IMG/VR virus record: IMGVR_UViG_3300030099_008323
Location: 64,001-128,000 of that record
Length of the DNA: 64,000 nucleotides
Strand: one strand, 5' to 3'
Origin: a virus
Shown here one piece after another: positions 19,201 to 29,228 of the stretch. The notes beneath the pieces are model-generated. The model was not told where the DNA came from. It was given only the letters and a program-made list of their open reading frames with translations, and ran no database searches. Each line of letters starts with the position of its first letter. Within the stretch, counting starts at the first letter, position 1. Position numbers and translations under genes: made by a program.

Positions 19201-21635
19201 TCATCAGTGTGTGCATATCTCTTTAAAAACTCAATTCCTTGTGGATCTCTCTTATAACTGTGTATGCCTTCTGTATTAGGAACTGCAAATCTTTGTCTTA
19301 CCGGATTTGATGTTAAAACCTGAGATAGAAAGCGGGCAGCTGCAGGGTTTAATTCTAGCTCTGGCGACCACTCATATAGTTCACTAGATGGCGCTAAGGA
19401 TTTATGCGATTCTGCGCCTCGGTATGGCCCAGAGCCAGTAACTCCACGGGCGCCTTCGAGCTTTAAGAAATCTAGCTTATGATATCTGAATGTTTCATTG
19501 TTAGAAAAATAGTCAGAAATATCTGCGCTAGCTGCTCTTAATATTCTAAACTTTTTAGATTTTTTGTCTTGTTTTTTATAATAAACAAGCGGTGAGGAAT
19601 TTTCATAATTGCTTATTAAGGGAGAGTAGTAGGAATAATGATCAGAGTCAGATATTCTAAATTCAGAAATTATTGAGTAGTCTTTTCCAACATATCTAAG
19701 ATCTTCGCCTATAAATGATTCATAAGAGTCATACATGGGGTTTCTACCGACAATCTTATGCGTCGCCCAAAATGGTGAATTATAGGGGTAGACATGCCTG
19801 TGGAGCTGTAAAGAAGCTGTTGTGTTTAAATAACCGTGTATCCCAAAAGATGAAGTGGTTGCTGATCTGCCGCGTCCGTCAACGTCATTTGCAGCAAAGT
19901 CTGGTTTTGTGTGTAGAGTATTTGAATCTGACGCCTGATGTCTTCTATAGAATATTGTAGGCTTCGTGCTATACACTAGCTCGCCAGCAGATCTTGTAAT
20001 AAGATTCATTGTGCCTGTTATAGCACTTAAAAAACTTTGACTTAAATGAAACAAGTGCTGCAAGCCGGCGAAGCCTTGATTGGCTGCGGATGAAGTCGCA
20101 GAATGAGGCGTTAAACCTATCATAACTCCATTACCACCACGAGAAGAAGTTAAATAATTTGGTCTGGTATAGACATCATCCCTAACGTCTAGAGGCCAAG
20201 TGCTCAATAATGTTATGGGATATGGCTGATAAGCATCAAGCTGCACCATACCGCTTCCTGTTGAAGCATTTCTAAACTGATCAAGGCCACCACTAAGGCA
20301 ATTAATTTGATTTGTTACAATTCCATTTACAATATATCTTATTACATGATCATCAGCACCAATATCAGTATGATTATCCATATAAGGCAAATTAACAATT
20401 GTGCCTGTCACTGCCATTGATGCGGTGCCGGCGGCAACAGCAATGCCGGAATAAAGTCCTGGAATTGAAAAACTTTGTGTCACTATTTGTGAATTAACTG
20501 CTATCTCTGGATCTCTTAGCCTAGATGATAAAGTAACTCCGCGCGATGATTGAGGATTTTCTTCATCTTGATTTGCCTTTCCTGGTACAGACGCACTTAT
20601 TGCGGCGGGTGGCTGAGAGTTTTTCCAAAAAGTTCTATACTGCTGTACATTATAGCTGGTCATGCCAAACTTCTCTGGGCTTGCACTACCATTGCTTAAT
20701 TGAGAGTTATTCTGCTCATATCTTGGTTTTTCAGTTGTAAATTTTCTGTAAGTATTAATAGCTCTTGGAAATATTGTTTGTGAATATTTAAAGTTTTGAG
20801 CCCCAAGCTCTCTAGCCAATTTAATAGTTTTTAAATGCTCATCTTTGTTTTGTATTGAGCCTGTAGTGGACGGATCTCCATCTGATAAATGCAGGCGATT
20901 GTTCAATTCATTATTAGAGAAATATAAGATCTCGTTGAAAAGTGTATGTTTGGCTTTAACACTGCCGATTTCATAAGTCAGCGGTTTATAATGTGAAATA
21001 ACAGATGGTTCATAAAAATGCCTAAGGTCTGGCTTTGTGGGTATGTCACCAAAAGATGTAGATTTTATAAGCTTGTGTCTTAAATCTGGATGTGGCTGTG
21101 GAAAATACTTATCGTGGTCATAATTTTTAATTGTTTTTTTTGGTTGACTGGCATCAATTGACATTGTATTATTAAGACGTAGATGTCTTGCAACAGGATG
21201 ATCGCCACCTCTAATTTGCTTCCACGATGGGTGTTGATATGGGCCATTCCTTCGATGAAGAAGCGTATTTAACAAAGATGCGGCGCCGATGGGATCTGTT
21301 GTTAATAATTCGTCGACAAGACCGCCTCGATAATTAAATTTTTTGTTGTTGACAACGACTTGTGATGGAAAACCTAAAACATTAGTTGCAACCAAAAAGT
21401 TGCTGGGATGATCTTGCCCTTGGCTTCTTAGCCCTGGATAGCCTTTATCTACATTACCGTGCGTACCAGATATTGGTTCATATACATTTGTATTGAGTCC
21501 GACAAAATCATTAGGTATGAATCCAGCGTTAGCTGATCCAGTTACACTCCGAACATTAAGCCTTACATTATTAGCTGCAACCCAGCTGCCTACTTCACTG
21601 GCTGTTAGAAAATTTAATGATCCGCTTATAGCCAT
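16269..21635 (-). CDS. Very large putative virion (baseplate/tail) protein, 1788 aa
   Basis: Long Ser/Thr/Gly/Asn-rich ORF between structural genes; SD GAGGT; no recognisable enzyme motif. Confidence 0.55.
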   Translation of the reverse strand: MAISGSLNFLTASEVGSWVAANNVRLNVRSVTGSANAGFIPNDFVGLNTNVYEPISGTHGNVDKGYPGLRSQGQDHPSNFLVATNVLGFPSQVVVNNKKFNYRGGLVDELLTTDPIGAASLLNTLLHRRNGPYQHPSWKQIRGGDHPVARHLRLNNTMSIDASQPKKTIKNYDHDKYFPQPHPDLRHKLIKSTSFGDIPTKPDLRHFYEPSVISHYKPLTYEIGSVKAKHTLFNEILYFSNNELNNRLHLSDGDPSTTGSIQNKDEHLKTIKLARELGAQNFKYSQTIFPRAINTYRKFTTEKPRYEQNNSQLSNGSASPEKFGMTSYNVQQYRTFWKNSQPPAAISASVPGKANQDEENPQSSRGVTLSSRLRDPEIAVNSQIVTQSFSIPGLYSGIAVAAGTASMAVTGTIVNLPYMDNHTDIGADDHVIRYIVNGIVTNQINCLSGGLDQFRNASTGSGMVQLDAYQPYPITLLSTWPLDVRDDVYTRPNYLTSSRGGNGVMIGLTPHSATSSAANQGFAGLQHLFHLSQSFLSAITGTMNLITRSAGELVYSTKPTIFYRRHQASDSNTLHTKPDFAANDVDGRGRSATTSSFGIHGYLNTTASLQLHRHVYPYNSPFWATHKIVGRNPMYDSYESFIGEDLRYVGKDYSIISEFRISDSDHYSYYSPLISNYENSSPLVYYKKQDKKSKKFRILRAASADISDYFSNNETFRYHKLDFLKLEGARGVTGSGPYRGAESHKSLAPSSELYEWSPELELNPAAARFLSQVLTSNPVRQRFAVPNTEGIHSYKRDPQGIEFLKRYAHTDDLTDFTKLLDTKIIGDDLIPQKISFRCKGLKKLLPYNGFYPVTRTVQIGAYFKNGFGQEALLQSDLNLDLNSKLQALLEPTMAPGVLYNSIKSGIAVDYHVNRTDGTVNTTTFSPMNFYVPTLTASVALQPLDIQVTGSIPYGGFQAQGARMILPGIVQSFLQNSGGGFTTRFNFELLRDVGKLKTYFSAGKKENPIRTFLMPDYFDQNRHRESDNPDSNIVTNGYNAPNVHFYMDNRKISKTTKGNTQNLYQDSMHNFLAETMEFFLSDQTPGVKMPILFSNAIDTELAADLDSTYYAAISLEMGKDQIMCEGPRESGLHIPASSNTTHNVTSSLRGYLYGPPIEIVDVGAVGDTSNQRITSLKNDGTIDTFSLHYQDSEKYYMYNLQDPAYQTYTPPYFYGKSSMVFSFTPDTTTNDLFSIFSKCNERSGSFYKEEYDLDNKLAITIPTSGSAQKITTGRMKIDASVDVFNNPVQIKTLGQNDAEKSVWYINPKWVCPVLDFSSSISAYEEFTHNEKAGSSGISGFSSKQANLSLRRQFKLLENPYHSASTGKSIWAGYGTDPYDAAAMNSIYENLNIDPTTMEKGIVLKVEDVFLENRRLVSQDNNVDSRLSAANGKDFFTERTAHRAEIQTTGSLLSDINLFDEQSVEIGRIAHSKLVSEAVVVIPYFEQPINFQPIDSESEIYSTRHIIPGKHFLPINKQIFENIYSILLSRELYDPAQLDYKELWGSSTKSYNNASMTDCGHMIKKMMGIENNLGGFQLPPEFDFLNNAAIDPFQMIVIPFAHKLHKQDLINIYQGVMPDISMRMEKQLSLAATNPRRILEIVDSNIYSPQIFKNSDGDEIVSSLSNLNLADFLSPMIFTQNWVDEISDARQNGLVPDWTVKDFYRNLKFMVFKLKQKAEKNYDTYKNRQIARAIKSRFIDQDPDRKKLKLPTRFDNSLKNRSTHEVYGTNWPYDYFSLIEAIKLDIEITM

Positions 21636-21655
21636 TTTTTACCTCTTTCCTATCT

Positions 21656-21675
21656 TATAAATAGATTATAATCTA
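21656..21675 (-). promoter_or_regulatory. Candidate late-promoter motif CTATTTA overlapping a perfect 14-bp palindrome
   Basis: TAGATTATAATCTA (21662-21675) is self-complementary. Minus-strand CTATTTA at 21658-21664 lies about 23 nt upstream of ATG 21635. Confidence 0.5.
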
Positions 21676-24600
21676 ATTTAATGATGCTGTTATCCATCTT
21701 GTTTGATTCTCTGTTCGCGGTATCATATGAGAAACAAAAGCATTGTCAAATGAAGAAGCTGTTATAACTGTCATACCTGCAAAATCTGCAGAGGATCCTG
21801 AAAGTTCAAGCCTCTCTATATTATTTCTGTGATATTTATGCCTCGATGCATCACCAGATATAGCATAATCATCAGATCTAATTGTTCCGACGGCCTCACT
21901 ACCATATACCCTGGCAGTATTGGTACCATGAGAACTAACGCCATATCTTCCACTATGAGCTTGCAATTGTGAATTGAAAACTTTTCTAACCCAGTTATTT
22001 CTAAATGTCATTGCATTGTAAACAGAAAAAGTTTCATGTGCAACATCTAAAAAGCCACGAGACATAACTTCAAACCCACCTGGTGAGCTAAATTTTGTTT
22101 TAATTCTAGTTCTATTCCTTATACTGCCAGTTAGAAATGTCCTATCTAAAAGTGTGTAGTTAACACCAATGTCACCATCATCTAATCTTATACCAGAATT
22201 ATTGCGTCGTGGTGTGCTTCCATCGATTAGTGAAGCAACATTCAGCCTGTGTTCAATACTTGAAACATCTAAATTCAGACTTTCGGCAGTCGACCTTTTG
22301 ATTTTATCGGCGTTCTTAACGAACCATGGATCATTTGCCTCAGGACTAACTGTGCTAACATATTGATATCTATCTAAGAAATTACCAGCTTTTGTTGGTG
22401 AGGAAGACGTCATGTGTATATTTCTAATATTTACAGGTCTTTTCGCAAACTCTGGCCTCATATAGAACGCGCGCGGTCGATTATGATTATCGTGTGTGGC
22501 ATCAAATAACTTAAATGAGTTCCTCTCGATACCACCGTCGTCAGGACCTATATACAAATTTATATCTGCAATTGCACAGTCACCTAAGTGAAGAATTCCA
22601 GAAGTATATAAAAACCTTAAGTAAAATCTTTTACCTATAAATTTGTCTAAACCATTGCCAAATGCAGCATTCGCTGTTGTTGTCGCAACGCGCCAAGGGT
22701 CATCAGAAGCAGTTTGTTGTTGGCCACTAATTGATCCAATTGCGTTAAGTGTGGTGGCTGTCGTATTTCCAGCATACCAATAAATTGGCAAGTCAGTTAC
22801 GTTGTTATTAAAATCTACACTAGTACAAGCTTGCACTTTTAGAGTGCCTTGGCTTACGCCAAACATATGATATCTAAAAAACAAAAAGACATCATCATCC
22901 TCAGCCACATCAAGTAAATCAATTAGTGGAGTAACCAATCCAAACGTCTCACCTACTCTGTCGGGCAAAACCTCACAATATGCATAGCCAGCATTTGGTA
23001 CGTATCCTATTGATGGGCCGGTATGAATACTATCAGTTGAGCCGCTGAAGAAAGACCAACTGTTATCAGTGCCTAATCCATTTCTCCAATACTCTTCTTC
23101 CCCAGGGTCGCCGGCTGCGGATCCAGAGGGCAAGTTCAATACTGTCACATCTGTTGTTGCAGTATCAGTGGTATTTGCAAAAGGCTCGTAAACTAGACTA
23201 GAAGTCAATGATTCATTTAGAAAAGATTGTAAATGCCATCCTTCAGGTCTTGTTAGTTGTCCATCTAATTTATTTAAATTATTAGAGTTCTTAACAGAAT
23301 CGTGGATGTTTAAGCCAACATGGCGATGTTGCATACCACCAACATGCATCTCAGTAAAAGGGCCCTGAAGTGGTATCTCTGCATGGGGACCATATTTGTC
23401 ATCATGCATATTGGTAAAGTCTAGGTTTATCGCACTTGGGCTAAACTGAGCTATATATCCAGTGTTGAACGAAGATGAATAAATGCTAAAAGGTAACAAT
23501 AATGTACTTTTATAATCGTCTTCCTCTGCTACAAAGTCTGCACGTGGATTCTTTGCAAACATTGTGTAGGCTTTCATAATAAAGAGTTGTTTATTAATCT
23601 CAGGTGGAACGTTTTGATCTCGTATATCGATTTTCTTATTTTCATTATCTAAGTCTATGTAAATAAAGTCATCATCACTACCCCATTTAATCGCGTTCTT
23701 ATAAAAATCATGCACTTTATTATTGGTCGGATTAGAACCTGCCTTAAGGTTGTGAGATTTTCTGACAAAATAATTAGCCAAAGTACTCACAGACCTAACA
23801 CCGAAGAATGAAGATCCATATCTTGTGCCAGCAGCAGTCTTAAGAGTAGGCTCAGAGCTTGAGACTAGTGTTTGTGCTGTTTTCAAGAATATATTTCTAG
23901 CCTCATCAACGCCGGTAACTCCAGATGATAACTCTAGAACATCCCTTTCGGCTCTGTTTTTCCACCATGCTGCTCTAATATTTTGAGGCGCGGGAGATTG
24001 ACGCAGCGGTGGCTGCAGCACTTTATAACCTCTTGCTGCATGCTCCATCGCATCAGCATTACCTCTTATGTTGGCCCTTTCTGATCCATCCGGCTCTACA
24101 GTATGTGGTAAGTTTCCTATACCTTGAAGTGATGCTCCTAGATCTGGCGGCTTAAGAGAGAGAGTTGGAAACTTTGTCCAATACTTATTTCTTTCAAGCA
24201 CATGGCTTTCAACCATATTCCTAAGCATTTCAGATGTGTTAGAAGATGCGGGTATCAACTGAATAATCATTGCAGTTATAGCATCATCGATCCATTTATA
24301 GTATTCTATAAACTTGTCTAGATCTGGCTCATTCTGAACCTTGTCAAAGAAGATATCTCTAATTTTACCTAGTTTTTTGTATTCTTGCCTGTAGCGATTG
24401 ACTGGATCGCCAATCAAATTGTTAAAATCAACAATTGTCGAAAACATTCTGAGCATCTCATCAGATATTGTCTGATACATGCTCTTCTCAACGGATAGTA
24501 TATGCTGTACATACGTGGTATCTCTAGTGAAAACAACGTCATCTTGCTTGTTTAAGATCTGTACCATGTCATCACTATTGATAACCTCCGGTAAGTTCTG

Positions 24601-27600
24601 ACGAGCTGTTTGCACAAATTCAATATCAACTGCTTGATCACGTTGAGCTGAGGATGATACAAAGAAATCACCTCGACCTGTATAATTATACTCCGTGAAA
24701 GCTGACATTGGGCCATATGTCTTAGCTTGTCTTCTGCTGGCAGAGCCAGATGTAAAGTCTTCGATTATAAATCTTCCGCTAGCATCTGAGCCGGTTACAT
24801 TATCCATTGTCCAATTCAGAGCTAGAGTTTTGATTTGCGGCATGAAAGACTTAGCATCTCTATCATTTCTGTTATCTGGGCGTCCAGAAGTTAATTGTAC
24901 GTGATTATTCTCATAAGGGTTTAAAGCTCCGTAATTAGATGCATCTCTAGCATGTCCCTTAATCGCTTCGTCAGAAAGATAATCAAACCAAACACGTGTC
25001 GAAGAAACCTTAACGTCAGAGTGCTTTAGAATACTACCGGTATAATTTTGTCTTTTAGCTCCAACATATATTCTTTTTGGCTCTGCAAAAAAACGCATTG
25101 CTCTTTTAATTGTCATCGTATTTGATATTTTAAATTCATTTTTTACAATGTTAGAGACTGTATTTACTCCGTAAAGTTCATATGTATAAGAATTTTTTTC
25201 TGTATGTAAACTTCCTGTCAGGGAGCCACTTACCATTGGTGCTGCTGGATACCTCGTAGGCCTAAGTCGAAATGCTAAATTCCATTTTTCATTATCATAA
25301 GCAGCTGCATAAGTCTCGGGTGTTTCAATAGAAGAGAATGCAACTGGGTTGTCAGATGAAATTTTAAACTTAACGTTTCTTCTATCATGATCTGGCTTGG
25401 TTGCAACAACATCAAAAGTTGTTTCAGTGCCCGGTGCATAAGCATAATCTGTATCAGAGGCGCCGACTGCACTAAGACCAAAAATGGCTGTTTCGTCAGA
25501 AGGGAACAAAGAATAGTTATCGTCATTCGCTATTGTTCTCTTGGGGAAAAATACTTCTGTCTCAATGGTAAATGAAGACCCTGACGCCAATACATGACTC
25601 ATGCTTGGTATATATGAAATTGAATTTGAATCGTTAGGGTCTTTAAACTGATATGCAGTGGCAGTATAGGCGCCACCATAACTATTATTCTCAGCTAATC
25701 TAGATTCAGGGTCATCAAAGTCTAAATATTTTTTTCTATATGCAGTGCTTGTAAAGTTGTCTTTTAGCTCATACTCATCGTTGCTAGCATATATATTAAA
25801 TTTAATTAGCTCTTCGTCAACACCAAAACATCTTAAAAAGTTTCGCATTGACTTGTTTGTGCCTTTTGATTTTTGTATAAAAGTTAAGTTGTTGTAGATA
25901 TTTTGATAAATTGTATTTTTAACATCATGAAGTTTTTTCTCAAATAATCTTCTTTCATCTCGTTGCAAAAATTTAGCCAGCATATCAGCATCAGAAAATA
26001 ATTCAGGTGGGCTGTAGCCTCTGGCAGATAATAACCTGTCAGCAAAAGGAAGCGGCTTTTCATACTTTGAATCATAGGGATAATTTATATCTTTTAAAGT
26101 TGGTAGCTTCTCCATCTTCAAATAAATTTCGTCAAAGAAACTTGACATAATCTGTGTTAAGAATTTTAAATGATCAGACCTTTTCTCATCGTCTTCCAAA
26201 ATCCAACCTGGCATTGATCTGTACAAAGAAGAATTATTTTCATGGTCATGTATTGATCCTGATGCTTTCTTAGATGCTAGCAGATTAGCGACAGCTGGAT
26301 GGTGTGCATATAAAATAGGATCTTTAAATTCAGAAGCGGCAGCGGACGATGACACAATTGCAGAACCAATAGATCTATTCGCTGCTTTATAATTAATAAA
26401 TTCACCATTTGATATTCTTCCAGAATAATCTAAAATAGTTTTATCTGTCGCTGCGACACCAGTTATACCTTCGTTAAATTTAAAGTACACCCCTAAATCA
26501 ATCTTGTTATTTTGATCATCATACTTTACATTATCAGTATTTGTACCGCCATTTATTGGTGTCCTAAAGTTTCTTCCAATTTGTTGTGCGTTTCTTTCAG
26601 TTTTCCAATATCTGAATTCGTCAAAAGAAGTAGCTATAATATTGCCCCAGCCTTTTTCTGCGTTATCTAAATCAGAGTTTGATGGGCCCGCGAGGGCGCC
26701 AATGGATGCGACTAAGGTACCAGTAATTGGATTAATTTGTGCTGCAGCTGTTTTGTCAGATTTTAGCTGACCATCGACATACAATCTTGTTTGCGTTGAT
26801 GACCCAACTTTTTTTGCAGTTAGTGCATAGTGGTGCCAACCACTACCAGAAATATTTGATAATCCTGTTATGTGATCGTGTGAGAATGCTGTAGTGCCTG
26901 AAGCAATTGATAGGAGAATTCTAGATTGCAAAGCAGCTGTCGTGCCTCCTCTCATCATAACCTTCACATTACCAAAAGTACTTCCGGCAGCACCAGATGA
27001 AATAAGATTAAATATAGTTTCATATTTTGTTGCAGAAGTTGATAACCAAGCATCTTTCTTCATCCAAAATTCAACTGTTGCTCCTTTAGATAAATCAAAT
27101 TCTAAATTATTTGTTCTTTGGCTAGCGGTGTGATATACATTGGCCTTTGATATTCCATCTCTAGAGGCGCCAGCTGAAAGATCACTCTTAAAATCACCTT
27201 TTGAATCTGGATTCGGACCACCTTTAAAATATATATACTCCGGAACACTACTACTAAAGAAATTACCTTGGCCAGTGTTAGTGTACGTGTTTTGTGTTGA
27301 GTTAAATTTTACATGCCCGTTTGTTCTTGGATATTCATTCTCGAATATAAAAAGATCTAAACCAGTGCTTTCATTTTCCCACTCTGTTTTTTCTGCTAAT
27401 GAACCATCGTAAGGGTATGTTTGATATACACGCTTTATAGAATTTTCATAGTATAGCTCTGCTTGGCCAAATCTTGCAAAATTAGAAGCTGTTGTGTAAT
27501 CAACATCTGGAAGAAACCGATCTCTTTTTTCTATGTAAGCATCAATGAATCTAGGGGACTCCACATCTTCACGCAAGTTATCTAAACTTTTATCTTTTAG

Positions 27601-27645
27601 TAACTTAGCAGAATATCCCTTATCAAATAATTCTTTAATGCTCAT
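21673..27645 (-). CDS. Very large virion protein (1990 aa) with LamG/ConA-like domains and a MAM-like domain
   Basis: LamG pattern TVEFWMK...WHHYALT...LYVDGQL...FDEFRYW (~26590-27090). A second degenerate LamG-like unit at ~24980-25580. MAM-like unit at ~22552-23100. Confidence 0.7.
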   Translation of the reverse strand: MSIKELFDKGYSAKLLKDKSLDNLREDVESPRFIDAYIEKRDRFLPDVDYTTASNFARFGQAELYYENSIKRVYQTYPYDGSLAEKTEWENESTGLDLFIFENEYPRTNGHVKFNSTQNTYTNTGQGNFFSSSVPEYIYFKGGPNPDSKGDFKSDLSAGASRDGISKANVYHTASQRTNNLEFDLSKGATVEFWMKKDAWLSTSATKYETIFNLISSGAAGSTFGNVKVMMRGGTTAALQSRILLSIASGTTAFSHDHITGLSNISGSGWHHYALTAKKVGSSTQTRLYVDGQLKSDKTAAAQINPITGTLVASIGALAGPSNSDLDNAEKGWGNIIATSFDEFRYWKTERNAQQIGRNFRTPINGGTNTDNVKYDDQNNKIDLGVYFKFNEGITGVAATDKTILDYSGRISNGEFINYKAANRSIGSAIVSSSAAASEFKDPILYAHHPAVANLLASKKASGSIHDHENNSSLYRSMPGWILEDDEKRSDHLKFLTQIMSSFFDEIYLKMEKLPTLKDINYPYDSKYEKPLPFADRLLSARGYSPPELFSDADMLAKFLQRDERRLFEKKLHDVKNTIYQNIYNNLTFIQKSKGTNKSMRNFLRCFGVDEELIKFNIYASNDEYELKDNFTSTAYRKKYLDFDDPESRLAENNSYGGAYTATAYQFKDPNDSNSISYIPSMSHVLASGSSFTIETEVFFPKRTIANDDNYSLFPSDETAIFGLSAVGASDTDYAYAPGTETTFDVVATKPDHDRRNVKFKISSDNPVAFSSIETPETYAAAYDNEKWNLAFRLRPTRYPAAPMVSGSLTGSLHTEKNSYTYELYGVNTVSNIVKNEFKISNTMTIKRAMRFFAEPKRIYVGAKRQNYTGSILKHSDVKVSSTRVWFDYLSDEAIKGHARDASNYGALNPYENNHVQLTSGRPDNRNDRDAKSFMPQIKTLALNWTMDNVTGSDASGRFIIEDFTSGSASRRQAKTYGPMSAFTEYNYTGRGDFFVSSSAQRDQAVDIEFVQTARQNLPEVINSDDMVQILNKQDDVVFTRDTTYVQHILSVEKSMYQTISDEMLRMFSTIVDFNNLIGDPVNRYRQEYKKLGKIRDIFFDKVQNEPDLDKFIEYYKWIDDAITAMIIQLIPASSNTSEMLRNMVESHVLERNKYWTKFPTLSLKPPDLGASLQGIGNLPHTVEPDGSERANIRGNADAMEHAARGYKVLQPPLRQSPAPQNIRAAWWKNRAERDVLELSSGVTGVDEARNIFLKTAQTLVSSSEPTLKTAAGTRYGSSFFGVRSVSTLANYFVRKSHNLKAGSNPTNNKVHDFYKNAIKWGSDDDFIYIDLDNENKKIDIRDQNVPPEINKQLFIMKAYTMFAKNPRADFVAEEDDYKSTLLLPFSIYSSSFNTGYIAQFSPSAINLDFTNMHDDKYGPHAEIPLQGPFTEMHVGGMQHRHVGLNIHDSVKNSNNLNKLDGQLTRPEGWHLQSFLNESLTSSLVYEPFANTTDTATTDVTVLNLPSGSAAGDPGEEEYWRNGLGTDNSWSFFSGSTDSIHTGPSIGYVPNAGYAYCEVLPDRVGETFGLVTPLIDLLDVAEDDDVFLFFRYHMFGVSQGTLKVQACTSVDFNNNVTDLPIYWYAGNTTATTLNAIGSISGQQQTASDDPWRVATTTANAAFGNGLDKFIGKRFYLRFLYTSGILHLGDCAIADINLYIGPDDGGIERNSFKLFDATHDNHNRPRAFYMRPEFAKRPVNIRNIHMTSSSPTKAGNFLDRYQYVSTVSPEANDPWFVKNADKIKRSTAESLNLDVSSIEHRLNVASLIDGSTPRRNNSGIRLDDGDIGVNYTLLDRTFLTGSIRNRTRIKTKFSSPGGFEVMSRGFLDVAHETFSVYNAMTFRNNWVRKVFNSQLQAHSGRYGVSSHGTNTARVYGSEAVGTIRSDDYAISGDASRHKYHRNNIERLELSGSSADFAGMTVITASSFDNAFVSHMIPRTENQTRWITASLN

Positions 27646-27668
27646 ATTTTAAACCCAACTCTATAGTC

Positions 27669-29228
27669 TTAATTATCTTCAACTCTAAATTTAAACACCT
27701 CTTCTTGTTCACGCCAACCAACAGAGGTATAATAAGCTAATTTTATACCGTACAAATAGCCAGGCTCTAGCAAAGACATATCTAAATCAAAGTAGCTTCC
27801 AGAGTTGTCATATGATAAATAAGTATGATAAGTGCTGCTGCCAGTTGAATTATTTATTACGGTTGCATTGTCAACCATTCTTATTATTTCGTACGAAGCG
27901 CTTTGGATAATTGTATTTTCCGGATCCAAGCTTGCAATACTATAAATTGTTTGGGATGATTTTCTAGCTCTTGTAAAAACTCTAAACCTAGCCTGTTCAT
28001 TACTGACATATAAAGGTTTAAGATTGGTAATTTTTGTTGCGTAACGTGGATAGTTATTCCAACCAGGTGATGTTAAAGTCTCTGGCTTAATAGCACCAGT
28101 AAAGAACTCAGTTGAGCCAGTATGCCAAACATCGTACAAAGTCTTAAGAGACGTTGACCCTGTAAAAGCAAATGAACAAGAGTATATGCCAGTAGCCACA
28201 AAACCACCGGTTATATTAAGATTGTTTGTATCTCCAGTAAAGCCCACGCCGCTAGCCTTATCATTTCTACTAGGCTGCAATTTTGGTCCAAATGGAGCAG
28301 TATCATCTGTAGACCCAGAATATATACTGACCAATATGGTACCAGTGCCTACAGACGGTATATTTGTTAATCTACCTCTAACATAGTTGTAAAGATAAAT
28401 TGTATTAAGATTATCTTCTGCTGGTGCTAATGAGCTGCTATAGAAAAAACTTCCTCTATTATCCAGTCTTCTAGAGTCCCATCGAGCTTCAATGTTAGGT
28501 TTTTTAAAAAAGAACTCACTAGTTCTTGAAAAAAACCTCTTAGTGTAAAAACTTGTCTTTTGACCTGCCGTATTAGCCAACACAAAGCTATCTGATGCAG
28601 TTACAAGCGCAGAAAAACTAGATGTCAGGAATATTCCAAAACCATAATTTGCTTGGTTTCCAGCAATCCACTCTTCAACAGCAGCAGTAACATCTAGAAA
28701 AATATCCTCATCTCCATCTTCAAACGTAAATGTGTAATTTGGCATTGTTGTTCCGGGAGCATATGTTGAGGAATGATAAGTGCCACCAATTTGAGCCCAT
28801 GAGTCTGTTTTAGATCTTCTTATCCAGTTTGAGCCTACAATTGCATCTTCTGTTACATCCGTATAGCCCTCCATATCCAAGCCATGGCCTTCTTGCCAAG
28901 ACTGAGATACAGCTAAAACATTGACTGTAAAATCTCTAGGTAGTTGCTCTGAGTGCCTAGCATTACATACCCTCAAATAAAAACTCACACTCCCAGAAGC
29001 AGGAATATCTCCGTTGGTTCTATCTGCAGCAATTTTTGTTATAGGAAATTCGAGCAATACGCGAGATAGTTCTGCCGATGATGTTGTATTCCCCTGGCCA
29101 TATAACGAAAAAACCTCTAAAATGTCTGACGCGCCCATATTTGAGCCTGTGCCTCTAGTAGTTAAATTAGATTGAAAAGCATTAGTGATAGTGTTGTCTT
29201 TATTAGCTGTGTATCTCTTGACGCCCAT
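27669..29228 (-). CDS. Baseplate-associated protein with DNRLRE-like N-terminal domain (519 aa)
   Basis: KDNTI...ILEVF...SRVLLEFP...FYLRV...VLAVSQSWQEG pattern; directly downstream of the baseplate wedge gene (TAATG overlap). Confidence 0.55.
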   Translation of the reverse strand: MGVKRYTANKDNTITNAFQSNLTTRGTGSNMGASDILEVFSLYGQGNTTSSAELSRVLLEFPITKIAADRTNGDIPASGSVSFYLRVCNARHSEQLPRDFTVNVLAVSQSWQEGHGLDMEGYTDVTEDAIVGSNWIRRSKTDSWAQIGGTYHSSTYAPGTTMPNYTFTFEDGDEDIFLDVTAAVEEWIAGNQANYGFGIFLTSSFSALVTASDSFVLANTAGQKTSFYTKRFFSRTSEFFFKKPNIEARWDSRRLDNRGSFFYSSSLAPAEDNLNTIYLYNYVRGRLTNIPSVGTGTILVSIYSGSTDDTAPFGPKLQPSRNDKASGVGFTGDTNNLNITGGFVATGIYSCSFAFTGSTSLKTLYDVWHTGSTEFFTGAIKPETLTSPGWNNYPRYATKITNLKPLYVSNEQARFRVFTRARKSSQTIYSIASLDPENTIIQSASYEIIRMVDNATVINNSTGSSTYHTYLSYDNSGSYFDLDMSLLEPGYLYGIKLAYYTSVGWREQEEVFKFRVEDN

